A stretch of DNA of 64,000 nucleotides from the NCBI GenBank assembly GCA_018060845.1, contig JAGOVG010000001.1, forward strand, positions 15,222-79,221, written 5' to 3'. This document shows, piece by piece, positions 48,171-57,159 of this stretch. Position numbers and translations under genes: made by a program. This stretch comes from Candidatus Woesebacteria bacterium (lineage in GTDB: Bacteria > Patescibacteriota > Microgenomatia > UBA1400 > UBA12108). A model generated the notes under the pieces. The model did not search any database and was not told where the DNA came from. It worked only from the letters and a program-made list of their open reading frames with translations. Position 1 is the first letter of the stretch. Each line of letters begins with the position of its first letter.

Positions 48171-48368
48171 TTACTTACTCCTGTTATATGGAGATTGATT
48201 TGTTGGCTTGAGTGAAACACCTATATGACCAGCTCTTGACTGAACTGCGTCTGGTGTCCGACCAAGCTTAAGACCGATGACTCTAGTAGGCGTATTCTGC
48301 CTTACTAGTGATCTAAGTTGTGACTCCTGTGAAGAAGTCCAAGGTTTATTGTTATTTTTGGGTGACAT
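48171..48368 (-). CDS. Small GcrA-N-terminal-like HTH protein
   Basis: WTSSQESQLRSLVRQNTPTRVIGLKLGRTPDAVQSRAGHIGVSL follows the GcrA N-terminal pattern W-T-xE-x3-L-...-IA-x2-LG-x-T-x-NAV-x-gK-x-hRLGL. SD GGAGCT precedes the start. Confidence 0.45.
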   Translation of the reverse strand: MSPKNNNKPWTSSQESQLRSLVRQNTPTRVIGLKLGRTPDAVQSRAGHIGVSLKPTNQSPYNRSK

Positions 48369-48530
48369 AATAGCTCCTTATATTTGCCTTCTACCCACCA
48401 GAGAGAGCTTGCTAAAAATTTAATAGTGTAGAATACTAGTCTTGATGTAGAACTGAGAGGAGTGAGTAATTCATTCCTCTCTTTTCGTATTCTGTCGCCA
48501 ATTGTTTTTTGGCATGTTTAATCCTTTGGC

Positions 48531-48558
48531 TACAAAAACCTCCCTTAACCGGGAGGTT
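48531..48558 (-). terminator. Rho-independent terminator ending the hsdR-to-ORF150 operon
   Basis: On the minus strand: CCTCCC-ggttaa-GGGAGG followed by TTTTTGT, about 135 nt downstream of the ORF150 stop. Confidence 0.55.
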
Positions 48559-48692
48559 GCCTTGTTCCCGCTTAAGCGGTTGTGGTGATTAAGAATTACT
48601 TCGCGTCATCATAACTTGAAAACTATCCTAACGAATATTACACATACCATGCAACCACTAGATCTATATCAAAGTAGTGCAACTTAATTTCT

Positions 48693-49145
48693 TCATCCTG
48701 AAATATCTACAATCGCTTTAACTCTGTTTTTGTCGACCCTGTGTATCTGGATGGCCTTACGATTGGCAGATATTTCCATTGCGAGGCGATTAAGGATGTA
48801 CATACGGATATTTTTCTCAGTCATATCCTCATATTTCACAGTCGTAACTAGGTAATTATTTATAGTTTGTACATCTTCAACAGTCACCTTGAAATGTTTT
48901 GAGGTTGTATTCTCATAATCTAGAGCATTATGAATGAGTCTAGCGTTGTACCAGTTGCCATACGACTCAAATACGTTATATGTGAATTCTCCGGGGAAGA
49001 GGTCGTTTAGTGATTTAAGAAAGTCAACAGTTTTTCGAAGAACTATAGACTTTGCTAGTTGAAAAACCTGCTCTATGAATCTAAATACCCAAACCATTGC
49101 ATCCACTATTGGATCACTAGGCTCTTTAATCTTCTTTTTCTTCAT
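48693..49145 (-). CDS. Hypothetical protein (last gene of the R-M-linked operon)
   Basis: ORF with 20-nt overlap to the FtsK-gamma gene. No recognised motif. Confidence 0.4.
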   Translation of the reverse strand: MKKKKIKEPSDPIVDAMVWVFRFIEQVFQLAKSIVLRKTVDFLKSLNDLFPGEFTYNVFESYGNWYNARLIHNALDYENTTSKHFKVTVEDVQTINNYLVTTVKYEDMTEKNIRMYILNRLAMEISANRKAIQIHRVDKNRVKAIVDISG

Positions 49146-49479
49146 ATTTTCTTAGAACATCTCTAGGTTTTACTCCCTCTGCCTTACTAACGACCCCTTC
49201 TTTTTCTAGTTTTTCCATAATCATTGCTGCTTTGTTGTATCCATGTGACATACGGCGTTGTAGGTATGACACACTGGCTTTGCCTGCGTCAGATATGACT
49301 CTCCATGCCTCGTTATATTCTTCATCAGCTATCGTAGTAAAGGGATTTGCGTAAGGAATATCAATTTCATCTTCATCTTCTCTTGGCTCGGTATAAAGTA
49401 AATAAGCCACCATCTTCTCGAGGATTAATACACGATTGGTTAATTCATCTACTTGCTTCATTAATTGATCATCGCTCAT
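49126..49479 (-). CDS. Standalone FtsK gamma-domain (winged-helix) protein
   Basis: C-terminal 58 aa EEYNEAWRVISDAGKASVSYLQRRMSHGYNKAAMIMEKLEKEGVVSKAEGVKPRDVL align almost residue-for-residue with the FtsK C-terminus at 345-2480 (ASTSFLQRKMSLGYNKAARIMDQLETAGVVGQQEGAKPRTIL). Confidence 0.75.
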   Translation of the reverse strand: MSDDQLMKQVDELTNRVLILEKMVAYLLYTEPREDEDEIDIPYANPFTTIADEEYNEAWRVISDAGKASVSYLQRRMSHGYNKAAMIMEKLEKEGVVSKAEGVKPRDVLRKYEEKED

Positions 49480-49487
49480 ACGCCTCC

Positions 49488-50163
49488 TTAGAATGGTAAA
49501 TCACTCTTAGTATTCCGATACCTTTCATTAACATGCCGATACTTACAAAACCGGCAATCCTCATTCTCATTGGGGATTGGGCCAGTGATGAGCGTATTGA
49601 TCTCATCCATAAATTTGGTGAAAGATGACTCGTCGATTGGGACTTCGAGCCACTTGGGTGGGAAAGTTAGAGTGGCAACTCCATTATCGAACTTTACCTG
49701 ATCGGGATACATGACAATAAGACCCATTTGGGTGATGCGAATTGGTTCGTCATGCCTGGGATGTTCCATGGCGAATTTGTAGGAATAGAGCTGGGTCTTA
49801 TATTTATCGATTTTGTCCACATGTGGCTGAGATAGCTTAAAGTCTACTAAAAGATATGTACCATCTCGACGTTTAACTAGTAGGTCATATTTGCCTTTGA
49901 GATACAGCTCTGTGCCGGGTATAACGATAGACTCCACAAATCCCCTCCTGCTTCTCAACGATTCCCTCTGGTAGACTTGGGGATAGGGCACGCAACTCTT
50001 TACCAACTAGCGTTCCTTGTAAGCGAGTATTGATAGCTGAGAAGATCCCTGGCATGGGCATTTGAGGCCTCATAACCTGATCGTGGACTTTCATCCAATA
50101 ACATCGTTTACACTCTTCATATAAATAGGCAAAATCTGATGGAGAGAGTTTGCATTGATGCAT
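49488..50163 (-). pseudogene. Cas4-like/RecB-family PD-(D/E)XK nuclease with Cys cluster, interrupted by a 1-nt frameshift
   Basis: N-terminal ORF has SPSDFAYLYEECKRCYW (Cas4 YCPRrfY-type). C-terminal ORF, in another frame, has GKYDLLVKRRDGTYLLVDFKLS (D...D/ExK), TQLYSYKF (QxxxY) and a C-terminal CRFC. The two frames would join by deleting one C in the CCCC tract at 49942-49945. Confidence 0.65.
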
Positions 50164-50165
50164 AG

Positions 50166-50759
50166 TTATGAGTTCTTCTCTCGTATCTCTTCCTCTAAGG
50201 ACTTCAATGTAGATTCAAATAGTGTCATAAATTCGTCAGTTTTCCCATTAGTTGCTCCGTACAATTCCATCCAAAGCCCTTCTGCATCTTTATTGCCGAT
50301 TCTATTAGTCGGATCGTCCCATTTAGATTCGTAAAAGATTTCAAAATCTATTGCATATCTTTTTATCAGGTCTAGGATTGATTGAATGTATTTAGTTTTA
50401 TCTTTTCCCCATAAGGCGTCGGCTCTGAGCTTTAATATTCTGAGATGACTATTAGTTTCTATTACGTCATTAAGTCTTGCTGCATGTTCACTGTAATGTG
50501 CATCACGTTGTTTTTCCACATCCTTCATAATATCTTGTTGATATCTATAAAATCTTCCTCTCGCATGTATGAGCTTTTCTTCTATCTCATACACACATTC
50601 CATAATTTCAAGTGATAATTTGTATTCATCTTGACCTTTTACTTGCTTCTTCCATGTTGACAACCCTTGATACGCTATCCATACTCCAAAACCTACTAGG
50701 AGAGAGTTAACTAATTCTAGATTTAACATGTTTAATAGACATGGTAGATTAATTAACAT
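50166..50759 (-). CDS. Hypothetical protein with N-terminal TM helix, directly downstream of hsdMS
   Basis: Lies 4 nt after the hsdMS stop. N-terminal hydrophobic helix (LVNSLLVGFGVWIAYQGL), then a charged helical domain with no recognised motif. Confidence 0.45.
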   Translation of the reverse strand: MLINLPCLLNMLNLELVNSLLVGFGVWIAYQGLSTWKKQVKGQDEYKLSLEIMECVYEIEEKLIHARGRFYRYQQDIMKDVEKQRDAHYSEHAARLNDVIETNSHLRILKLRADALWGKDKTKYIQSILDLIKRYAIDFEIFYESKWDDPTNRIGNKDAEGLWMELYGATNGKTDEFMTLFESTLKSLEEEIREKNS

Positions 50760-50763
50760 ATCA

Positions 50764-53163
50764 TCATTCTGACCATAAATTAGATAAAAGTAAATCTACT
50801 TTTTGCTCATATATTTCAACTAGTTGTCGCACGTTATCGACTAACATATATTCTGAATTAATATTTTTAATTATTTCGATTTGAGTTTCAGCCGAGGGAA
50901 AAGGTACTTCAATATCTTCTATTTGAGATTTACTTATTGAATCAAATACTGCACCTCCGTTTCCTACTATTTCCTTTTCAATCATTTTCAAATATGTAAA
51001 TAAAAACATCTGATTTATCTTTATTGGTTTTATTGCTGCCAGACCTCTCCCTATACAGATTTGTTCTGTAGTAATGTTTACGGGTCCAACAGGTGCTCGA
51101 ACTGACATCAGAATATCACCCTTATCTGCAACCTTAGATGTTTTTGTAGTCCACTTCGTAGGCTTCCGTAGATAGACATCTCCAAATTCTGTTTTGCCTT
51201 GATAAAATGCCATCCCTTGCTCAGAATCGTTATAATACTTTCCTTCTGGTGATTGGCCTGCAATAACATTAGCAACTTCGTGTAATTTGACTTTATTCCA
51301 AAGCTTATTAATTTCTATACTAGGTTTCCAATTATTTTTTATTAGCAGAGCCCCATTTATAATTTTCTGATAATTATCTATCTTTGCAACGATTTGATCC
51401 TGAATTTCAATTGATGGTAAGGGTATATTAAACTGTCCTAAATCACTAGTTTTCATTGTTACATTTGCTGCTCCACTCATCAATTTCGCCATTTCCTTCT
51501 TAACACTATTTAATACGTAATACAGGTATTTAGTATTCAATTGGCTCGCATCAATGGGCACTAGCAGAGCTAATAAATTAGCAAGAGCAAACTTTCCTGT
51601 TGTGTAATGTATCCTCTTTATATCGGCTTTCCCGTGTCCCGTTGCGGAAATTAGAGGAACAGCAACTCCTTCGCCCTCAAAATCAAAATGATCTGATGAT
51701 TTTATTATTTCTGCAGTTAAATATAATTTGTATGGACCATTTTCAGTTTTAGTGCTTGATGACTTTCCTTTTACTATTGTGCAAATTTCCGCTAAAGGTA
51801 CATACTTAATATCTGTACTTACAACATCTCTTTTTTTATATTTTAATAATGAAAGATTATAGTTATTATTTATTATTTCTTGTTTATTTATAATTGAAGA
51901 TAAGTGATTAGGTTTGATTTTCGTACTACTTTGGTAAGCTTTAATTATTTTGAGAGCAACTTCTAAATCGTTTTCTTTTATAATTTTTTGAGTTGCGCCT
52001 AGACTTACTCCAGTGCTATGGATATCTATAAATATAAGGTTGTCATTCAGATTATTAAGAGCCTTATCAAAAACTAATATAGAAGTTTTTACTCCTGAAT
52101 ATGGTTGAAATACTCCACTTGGAAGACTAATGACAGCATACAATCCATCATTAATAAGATTTTTACGTAACTCAGTATGGGATTTTCCAGTTTGGAAAAT
52201 AATACCTTCTGGAACAATAATTGCAGCTCTCCCGTTTGGCTTTAAATGATTCATTATGTAGTCAACAAACAATACCTCTGAACGACTAGATTGAATACTG
52301 AATTTGCTGTGTGGAGTAATTCCTCCTTTTGGAGACATGAAAGGAGGATTGGCTAAGATAACATCAAACTTATCATTCCAACGTTCATCTTGTGACAGTG
52401 AGTCGTACTGAAATATTTTTGGGTTCTTAAATTGATGAAGATACATATTTACCTGAGCTATACGGACCATCCCTGGATCAATATCATATCCTTCAAAGTT
52501 ACCCATCATTTTCCTGCGCTCGTCAGGTGTTAGCGCTTTTTCTTTCTTATCTGGATCATTTTTCCCATCATGCTTCTCAAGTATGTGAAGGAAGGATTTG
52601 ATTAAGAATCCTCCTGTCCCACAAGCTGGGTCTAGCACCTTATCATCCTTAGTTGGATTTACAACATCTACCATGAAATCAATAATGTGTCGTGGAGTTC
52701 TAAACTGTCCGGCGTCCCCTTGACTAGACATGATTGAAAGTAGATATTCGTAGGCATTGCCAAGCTCTTCTGGATGAGAGTAATCAAAGAATCCTATTTC
52801 TTTAAGAAATAGTCCTAGTGTTTCTGGTGAACGATATGGTAAAAATGCAGATTTGAATATGCCTCTAAATAACTCTGGGAGCTGTTTAGATTCGGAGAAC
52901 TTAACTAATGCCTCGGCATATAAATTCATTCTCTCCTGATTACCGAGCCGTGAGTCCATAATTCTAGTCCATGCGTATTTCTCTAGGTCACCGACAAAGA
53001 AGGCTGGCTCTCCACCTACTTTCACCGAAGCTTGATCTATATCGTCCATGAACTTGTAGATTAGAGCAGTAGTGATTTGATCAATCTGAGATGTCGGATT
53101 GGGAACCACCCCTACAAGCACTTGTCGTGCCGCGTCTATATGTCTTTTAGTGTCTGTATTCAT
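50764..53163 (-). CDS. hsdM: Type I R-M fused methyltransferase-specificity subunit (HsdM-HsdS fusion)
   Basis: HsdM_N helices, motif I DPACGTGGFL, motif IV ILANPPF. Two HsdS-type TRDs follow, each ending in a conserved spacer helix (LPLPSIEIQDQIVAKID; VPFPSAETQIEIIKNINSEY). Confidence 0.85.
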   Translation of the reverse strand: MNTDTKRHIDAARQVLVGVVPNPTSQIDQITTALIYKFMDDIDQASVKVGGEPAFFVGDLEKYAWTRIMDSRLGNQERMNLYAEALVKFSESKQLPELFRGIFKSAFLPYRSPETLGLFLKEIGFFDYSHPEELGNAYEYLLSIMSSQGDAGQFRTPRHIIDFMVDVVNPTKDDKVLDPACGTGGFLIKSFLHILEKHDGKNDPDKKEKALTPDERRKMMGNFEGYDIDPGMVRIAQVNMYLHQFKNPKIFQYDSLSQDERWNDKFDVILANPPFMSPKGGITPHSKFSIQSSRSEVLFVDYIMNHLKPNGRAAIIVPEGIIFQTGKSHTELRKNLINDGLYAVISLPSGVFQPYSGVKTSILVFDKALNNLNDNLIFIDIHSTGVSLGATQKIIKENDLEVALKIIKAYQSSTKIKPNHLSSIINKQEIINNNYNLSLLKYKKRDVVSTDIKYVPLAEICTIVKGKSSSTKTENGPYKLYLTAEIIKSSDHFDFEGEGVAVPLISATGHGKADIKRIHYTTGKFALANLLALLVPIDASQLNTKYLYYVLNSVKKEMAKLMSGAANVTMKTSDLGQFNIPLPSIEIQDQIVAKIDNYQKIINGALLIKNNWKPSIEINKLWNKVKLHEVANVIAGQSPEGKYYNDSEQGMAFYQGKTEFGDVYLRKPTKWTTKTSKVADKGDILMSVRAPVGPVNITTEQICIGRGLAAIKPIKINQMFLFTYLKMIEKEIVGNGGAVFDSISKSQIEDIEVPFPSAETQIEIIKNINSEYMLVDNVRQLVEIYEQKVDLLLSNLWSE

Positions 53164-53165
53164 AT

Positions 53166-55742
53166 TTATAGATTAGTTAAGTTGTACGCGTAATCGTGAA
53201 TGTATTGTGGTACAACAGTTGAGTATCCATTTAACCTCTGGTACTCATCAAAAGTAAAGCTCGATTCGGTGTTAAATCGCCCAACTTGGCGACTTGCGAC
53301 GATTTCTCTCACCTTTTCATCAGATGCATAGGCTTTGAAGTACATTTTTACGGCGTCGTAGTGTTCTTGGTCAACTGGGTTAACCTCCATAAACTTGCCC
53401 CATTCAGACTCTAATAGGTCATCTTTCATCTCAAAAGCATCTTTGTCTCCAAATGCTACCTGAAGGAATTCTTTGACAGTAATGCGTCTATCGACACTAA
53501 ATATCTTTCTTATTTTGTCTAGGTTGAGGAAATGTTTTGGCTTATCAAAGATATTCTTCTTAGCAAAATCTTCTGCTGCCTCAATGTCACCATTCTCCCA
53601 CATATTTTTGAGAGTTTTGTTTCCAAGCACATCTTCGTCAATCGCACGCTTGAATCCTTCTCTATCAATCTTCATTCCCTCCACCCCGATTGCAGTCTCA
53701 GCGACTGAGACAACTTCATCTCTAGTAGCAAGATCGATGGGACCGTTAAATACTTTGTGACCATTTTCATCTACATAGTCGCTACTAGATGATACTTCAA
53801 CACCAATCTCAGTGACGGGAACTTTTTTGATGTTTGGTAATTTTATCTTTTCGTCATACTCAAATTCTTTTTCAAAATATTCACAAGTAGCGAAGAAATC
53901 AAAGAACTTAAATTGTTTTTTGGGGATCGAGATTGTTTCGTTATTGGTGTAGTCGTGATAGTCGAAGGAGTATTTCCTAGTTCCACGCCCCTTAATCTGT
54001 ACAAAATCGGCAGGACTAAAGACTGGGCGCATCAGAGCAATGTTAAGCAGATCCTGACAATCGTAGCCAGTCGTCATCATTCCGACTGTTACGGCTACGC
54101 GAGTTTTACTTGTATCGTATCCTTCTGGACTTTTAATCTGTCCACCAAGCTTATTATTTGCAAAGTTGATTGTCATTTGTTGTGCACTTTGAACTTGAGA
54201 AGTAACTTGTACTGCAAAGTCTGACTCACTATAAAGCTTTGGCCATTTTTCCATTGCTAGTTTATTGAGAATATTTGTGACGTGAGCCGCATGGCGCTGC
54301 GATACGCAGAATACGATAGATTTACCAAATAGCTGAATGTCGAACTTACTAGCAATAGGATCGAAGAACCCGTTATCAAGAAATGCTTTGGACATGGCAA
54401 TATTTGTTTCTTCATTAAAGAACTTACGCTCGTAGTGACGCTCATTAAAGACCTCGTCAATACTTTCGCCGTCTTCTCCGGTTGTGTGGACTGAATACCC
54501 TTCACCAGATAAAAGTTGAGTTGTGATCTCGGTGCGAGCATCAACTACCGTAGGTTGGATTAAATAGTCTTCTTTCGAACCCTGAACGAGATCATATGAG
54601 AAGGTTGGGTTGCCAGACTCACAGCCGAAGGTTTTATATGTATCCAGAAGAAGTCTTCGTTCGTATTCTCTTTGACTATCGTTGCTTTCACCGCTATCCA
54701 GCCCTTTTAGATAATTCTTGGGTGTAGCAGTAAGTCCAAGCTTATATCCGACAAAATATTCAAATACAGCCCGACTATTTCCTCCGATTGAGCGGTGAGC
54801 TTCGTCAGATATCACAAGTTCAAAGTCGGTAGGAGAGAAATCCTTTCGATACCTATTGCCAGAAAGAAAAGTTTGAATTGTTGAAACAACGACACTTGCA
54901 TTTTGCCAGCTATCTTTTGTATTTTTGTATATTGCACAAGTAAAATCTTTGCCTAAATACTGGATAAAGGCTTTGTTTGCTTGGTCTTCAAGTTCTAGGC
55001 GATCTACTAGGAATAGTACTCTCCTTGCATTCCCAGATTTGAGGAAGAGCTTAATAACTGCGGCAGAAATTAGGGTTTTTCCTGTTCCTGTTGCCATCTC
55101 GAAAAGAAATCTTTGATTACCTTCTAAAGCAGATTGTTGAAGTGCCTTTAGAGCTTGAACTTGATATGGACGAAGTTGTTTAAGATTGTGTTTCTTGAGA
55201 TATGACGAACGAGTATTCTCATCTATAAATTCAGGAACTCTCGAATAATCTGGCATTTGAGTTGAGATAACATAGTTCGCATCAACGCTAGTGTTAGCTA
55301 GCTCTTCTGGGTCTGGAGTGTATTTCTGGTACTGACTGATTGAATCTTGAGTTGGGAATCGAGAGATTGTATCGGGGTTTCCATGTTTCGTATCCCAAAA
55401 ATAGTGAATATTCCCATTTGAGAGAATAATAAATCGAGCTCCGCAATTACGTGCGTAGTTACGAGCTTGCTCTTTGGCAGATAATGGGTCGACTGACTCT
55501 TTCTTTGCCTCTACTACGAGAAGTGGTCGTCCATCCTTATCTAACAAAAGGAAATCAATAAAACCATGCACTTCATGTTCAAAGTCATCTCCTAGCTCGG
55601 AGTACTTAATTCCTGGTTCGAGCTGAATGTTAGCTTTTCCGAGACTATTATCTACAAATCTCCAACCTGATTCCTCGAGAAGTTTATTTATTTTTATCCG
55701 AGCTTGAGCCTCTTTTTGCACCATGAGAGTATTGTACCCCAT
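53166..55742 (-). CDS. hsdR: Type I restriction endonuclease R subunit
   Basis: N-terminal PD-(D/E)XK (GFIDFLLLDKDGRPLLVVEAKKE), SF2 motor motifs (EMATGTGKT; VISDEAHRS), C-terminal helical domain. Starts 3 nt upstream of the hsdMS start. Confidence 0.9.
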   Translation of the reverse strand: MGYNTLMVQKEAQARIKINKLLEESGWRFVDNSLGKANIQLEPGIKYSELGDDFEHEVHGFIDFLLLDKDGRPLLVVEAKKESVDPLSAKEQARNYARNCGARFIILSNGNIHYFWDTKHGNPDTISRFPTQDSISQYQKYTPDPEELANTSVDANYVISTQMPDYSRVPEFIDENTRSSYLKKHNLKQLRPYQVQALKALQQSALEGNQRFLFEMATGTGKTLISAAVIKLFLKSGNARRVLFLVDRLELEDQANKAFIQYLGKDFTCAIYKNTKDSWQNASVVVSTIQTFLSGNRYRKDFSPTDFELVISDEAHRSIGGNSRAVFEYFVGYKLGLTATPKNYLKGLDSGESNDSQREYERRLLLDTYKTFGCESGNPTFSYDLVQGSKEDYLIQPTVVDARTEITTQLLSGEGYSVHTTGEDGESIDEVFNERHYERKFFNEETNIAMSKAFLDNGFFDPIASKFDIQLFGKSIVFCVSQRHAAHVTNILNKLAMEKWPKLYSESDFAVQVTSQVQSAQQMTINFANNKLGGQIKSPEGYDTSKTRVAVTVGMMTTGYDCQDLLNIALMRPVFSPADFVQIKGRGTRKYSFDYHDYTNNETISIPKKQFKFFDFFATCEYFEKEFEYDEKIKLPNIKKVPVTEIGVEVSSSSDYVDENGHKVFNGPIDLATRDEVVSVAETAIGVEGMKIDREGFKRAIDEDVLGNKTLKNMWENGDIEAAEDFAKKNIFDKPKHFLNLDKIRKIFSVDRRITVKEFLQVAFGDKDAFEMKDDLLESEWGKFMEVNPVDQEHYDAVKMYFKAYASDEKVREIVASRQVGRFNTESSFTFDEYQRLNGYSTVVPQYIHDYAYNLTNL

Positions 55743-55898
55743 AGCGGCAACATCTCAGATTGCTCGGGCAACTTTGAAGATGACAATCGCCAACTTACTG
55801 TGAAGGATGTTGTTTCTAAAGATGAGGTTGGCCTAGCCTGCCACAAATGATTTAGGAGATCAGTGGCAAATGCTTCAGTACTAACAGCCACAGCTGAC

Positions 55899-55922
55899 CA
55901 TTTTGTCGGCGTCGACAAAATG
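55899..55922. promoter_or_regulatory. Palindromic operator-like site 1 upstream of hsdR (CATTTTGTCGGCGTCGACAAAATG)
   Basis: 24-bp inverted repeat with one mismatch. It sits inside a roughly 50-nt unit (TGACCATTTTGTCGGCGTCGACAAAATGATATTTGAC) that is repeated 90 nt downstream. Confidence 0.6.
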
Positions 55923-55988
55923 ATATTTGACGGGTTGATCGCTCCTTTTAAAGGATTCTTATGCACACAATATAGAGGATTGACCAAC

Positions 55989-56012
55989 CATTTTACCGGC
56001 GCCGGTAAAATG
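55989..56012. promoter_or_regulatory. Palindromic operator-like site 2 (CATTTTACCGGCGCCGGTAAAATG), a perfect 24-bp palindrome
   Basis: Second copy of the unit (TGACCAACCATTTTACCGGCGCCGGTAAAATGGTTTTTGAC). Half-site CATTTT(A/G)(C/T)CGGCG. Confidence 0.6.
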
Positions 56013-56031
56013 GTTTTTGACTGATTATCTG

Positions 56032-56286
56032 CTATTTTCTTGGATTTAGTATTAAGAACTCTAGAGCTCTCCACAGAGTACCAATAAAGCCGCTGTCTGT
56101 ACATTTTGCGGCACGCATTAGAGACTCGACGGCATCGTGTTGTGGAGGGAGACTAACCCCAGGTTCTGAGGGTACGCGAGTCTTTAACTCGTGCTCTAGG
56201 AGCTGTCTCGCAAAACAAAAACCTAACCAGGTACAGGTATCTGGATTTGGACATGTTGGTGAAATCTTAAATTCTGATTTGGTCAT
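56032..56286 (-). CDS. Hypothetical small Cys-containing protein
   Basis: ORF only; it lies downstream of the 285-aa ORF and immediately before (higher coordinates) the palindromic sites, which sit between it and hsdR. Confidence 0.3.
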   Translation of the reverse strand: MTKSEFKISPTCPNPDTCTWLGFCFARQLLEHELKTRVPSEPGVSLPPQHDAVESLMRAAKCTDSGFIGTLWRALEFLILNPRK

Positions 56287-56301
56287 CTATGTTGCTTGAT
56301 G

Positions 56302-57159
56302 TTATTGGGGTACGCACTCATAGAGATCTTGACACATTGTTAGTAATGCGTGTGCGTTTGCAGCTACTGGGTTATTTGATGCTTTCATTTCGTATTTCAA
56401 AGAATTTGCTACCATTTGATCATAAGAAGCAAATTGATAATCTTTAAGTGGAGTGGGATCAAATATTCCATCTTCCCTGAAAGTAGCTGCTCGATACAGT
56501 TGTCTTACTTGCCATAATATTGCGGCTTGTCGCATACCAAGTATTGCAGTGTGAGCAACAGATGGTTCAAGTTGGACATCTCTACACCCCTTACTCTGCA
56601 TTACTGTATATGATCGCTCTAGTGCACGAAAAAGCGAGTCTCTATATTCAGTAGCATTTTTATCACTAATCTTTCTGTGAGTTGCTTCTTTTAGTGTTTG
56701 GATTGTTGGTGTCACTCGTACAGCGTTAGGGTCTATTCTAAATAATTCGGTTTCTAATACTGACAGTGGGGTGTTTACAATTGCCTGAGATGGCCCACCT
56801 GAAGAGCAGATATTTGTTGAACCAACTAGGTGAAGTAAACGTATTTTCGATAGTTCGCCTGGAGTTCTTTTAATTGTATTCTTTAGAATAGTATTCAGGT
56901 GCGCATCGTTTAGTGCATCTTTAAAATTACCACCTTTGCCATAAAATTGATAAACTCTACTCGAGAAAGTATTTACAGTTTCTGCAAGAGCTAAAGTGAG
57001 TTTCTCGCTTAATTCAGGTCTATTTATCGCTGCTGCTGCTTGTTCAGCTGCTATCACTAACATGGATGAAGTTACTCGATACATGAAGTGTTTCACTGTT
57101 TCAAAAGACTCAGGGCCAAGTCTAATGTTGCTGTATACCGCTTCGTGATCTATAGACAT
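56302..57159 (-). CDS. Hypothetical 285-aa protein between the RecD-like helicase and the R-M locus
   Basis: ORF with no recognised motif. Looks AT-richer than the helicase genes. Confidence 0.45.
   Translation of the reverse strand: MSIDHEAVYSNIRLGPESFETVKHFMYRVTSSMLVIAAEQAAAAINRPELSEKLTLALAETVNTFSSRVYQFYGKGGNFKDALNDAHLNTILKNTIKRTPGELSKIRLLHLVGSTNICSSGGPSQAIVNTPLSVLETELFRIDPNAVRVTPTIQTLKEATHRKISDKNATEYRDSLFRALERSYTVMQSKGCRDVQLEPSVAHTAILGMRQAAILWQVRQLYRAATFREDGIFDPTPLKDYQFASYDQMVANSLKYEMKASNNPVAANAHALLTMCQDLYECVPQ

Noticed and set aside
48361-48388. dif-like sequence GGTGACATAATAGCTCCTTATATTTGCC
   Set aside because: It resembles the XerC arm of dif, but it is simply the start codon plus SD (GGAGCT) of the GcrA-like gene. 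The XerD arm matches only 7 of 11 positions.
55694-56104. 136-aa minus-strand ORF overlapping the hsdR start and the palindromic operators
   Set aside because: It overlaps the hsdR N-terminus out of frame and covers the repeated operator units. It is more plausibly non-coding regulatory DNA, though a small CDS cannot be fully excluded.
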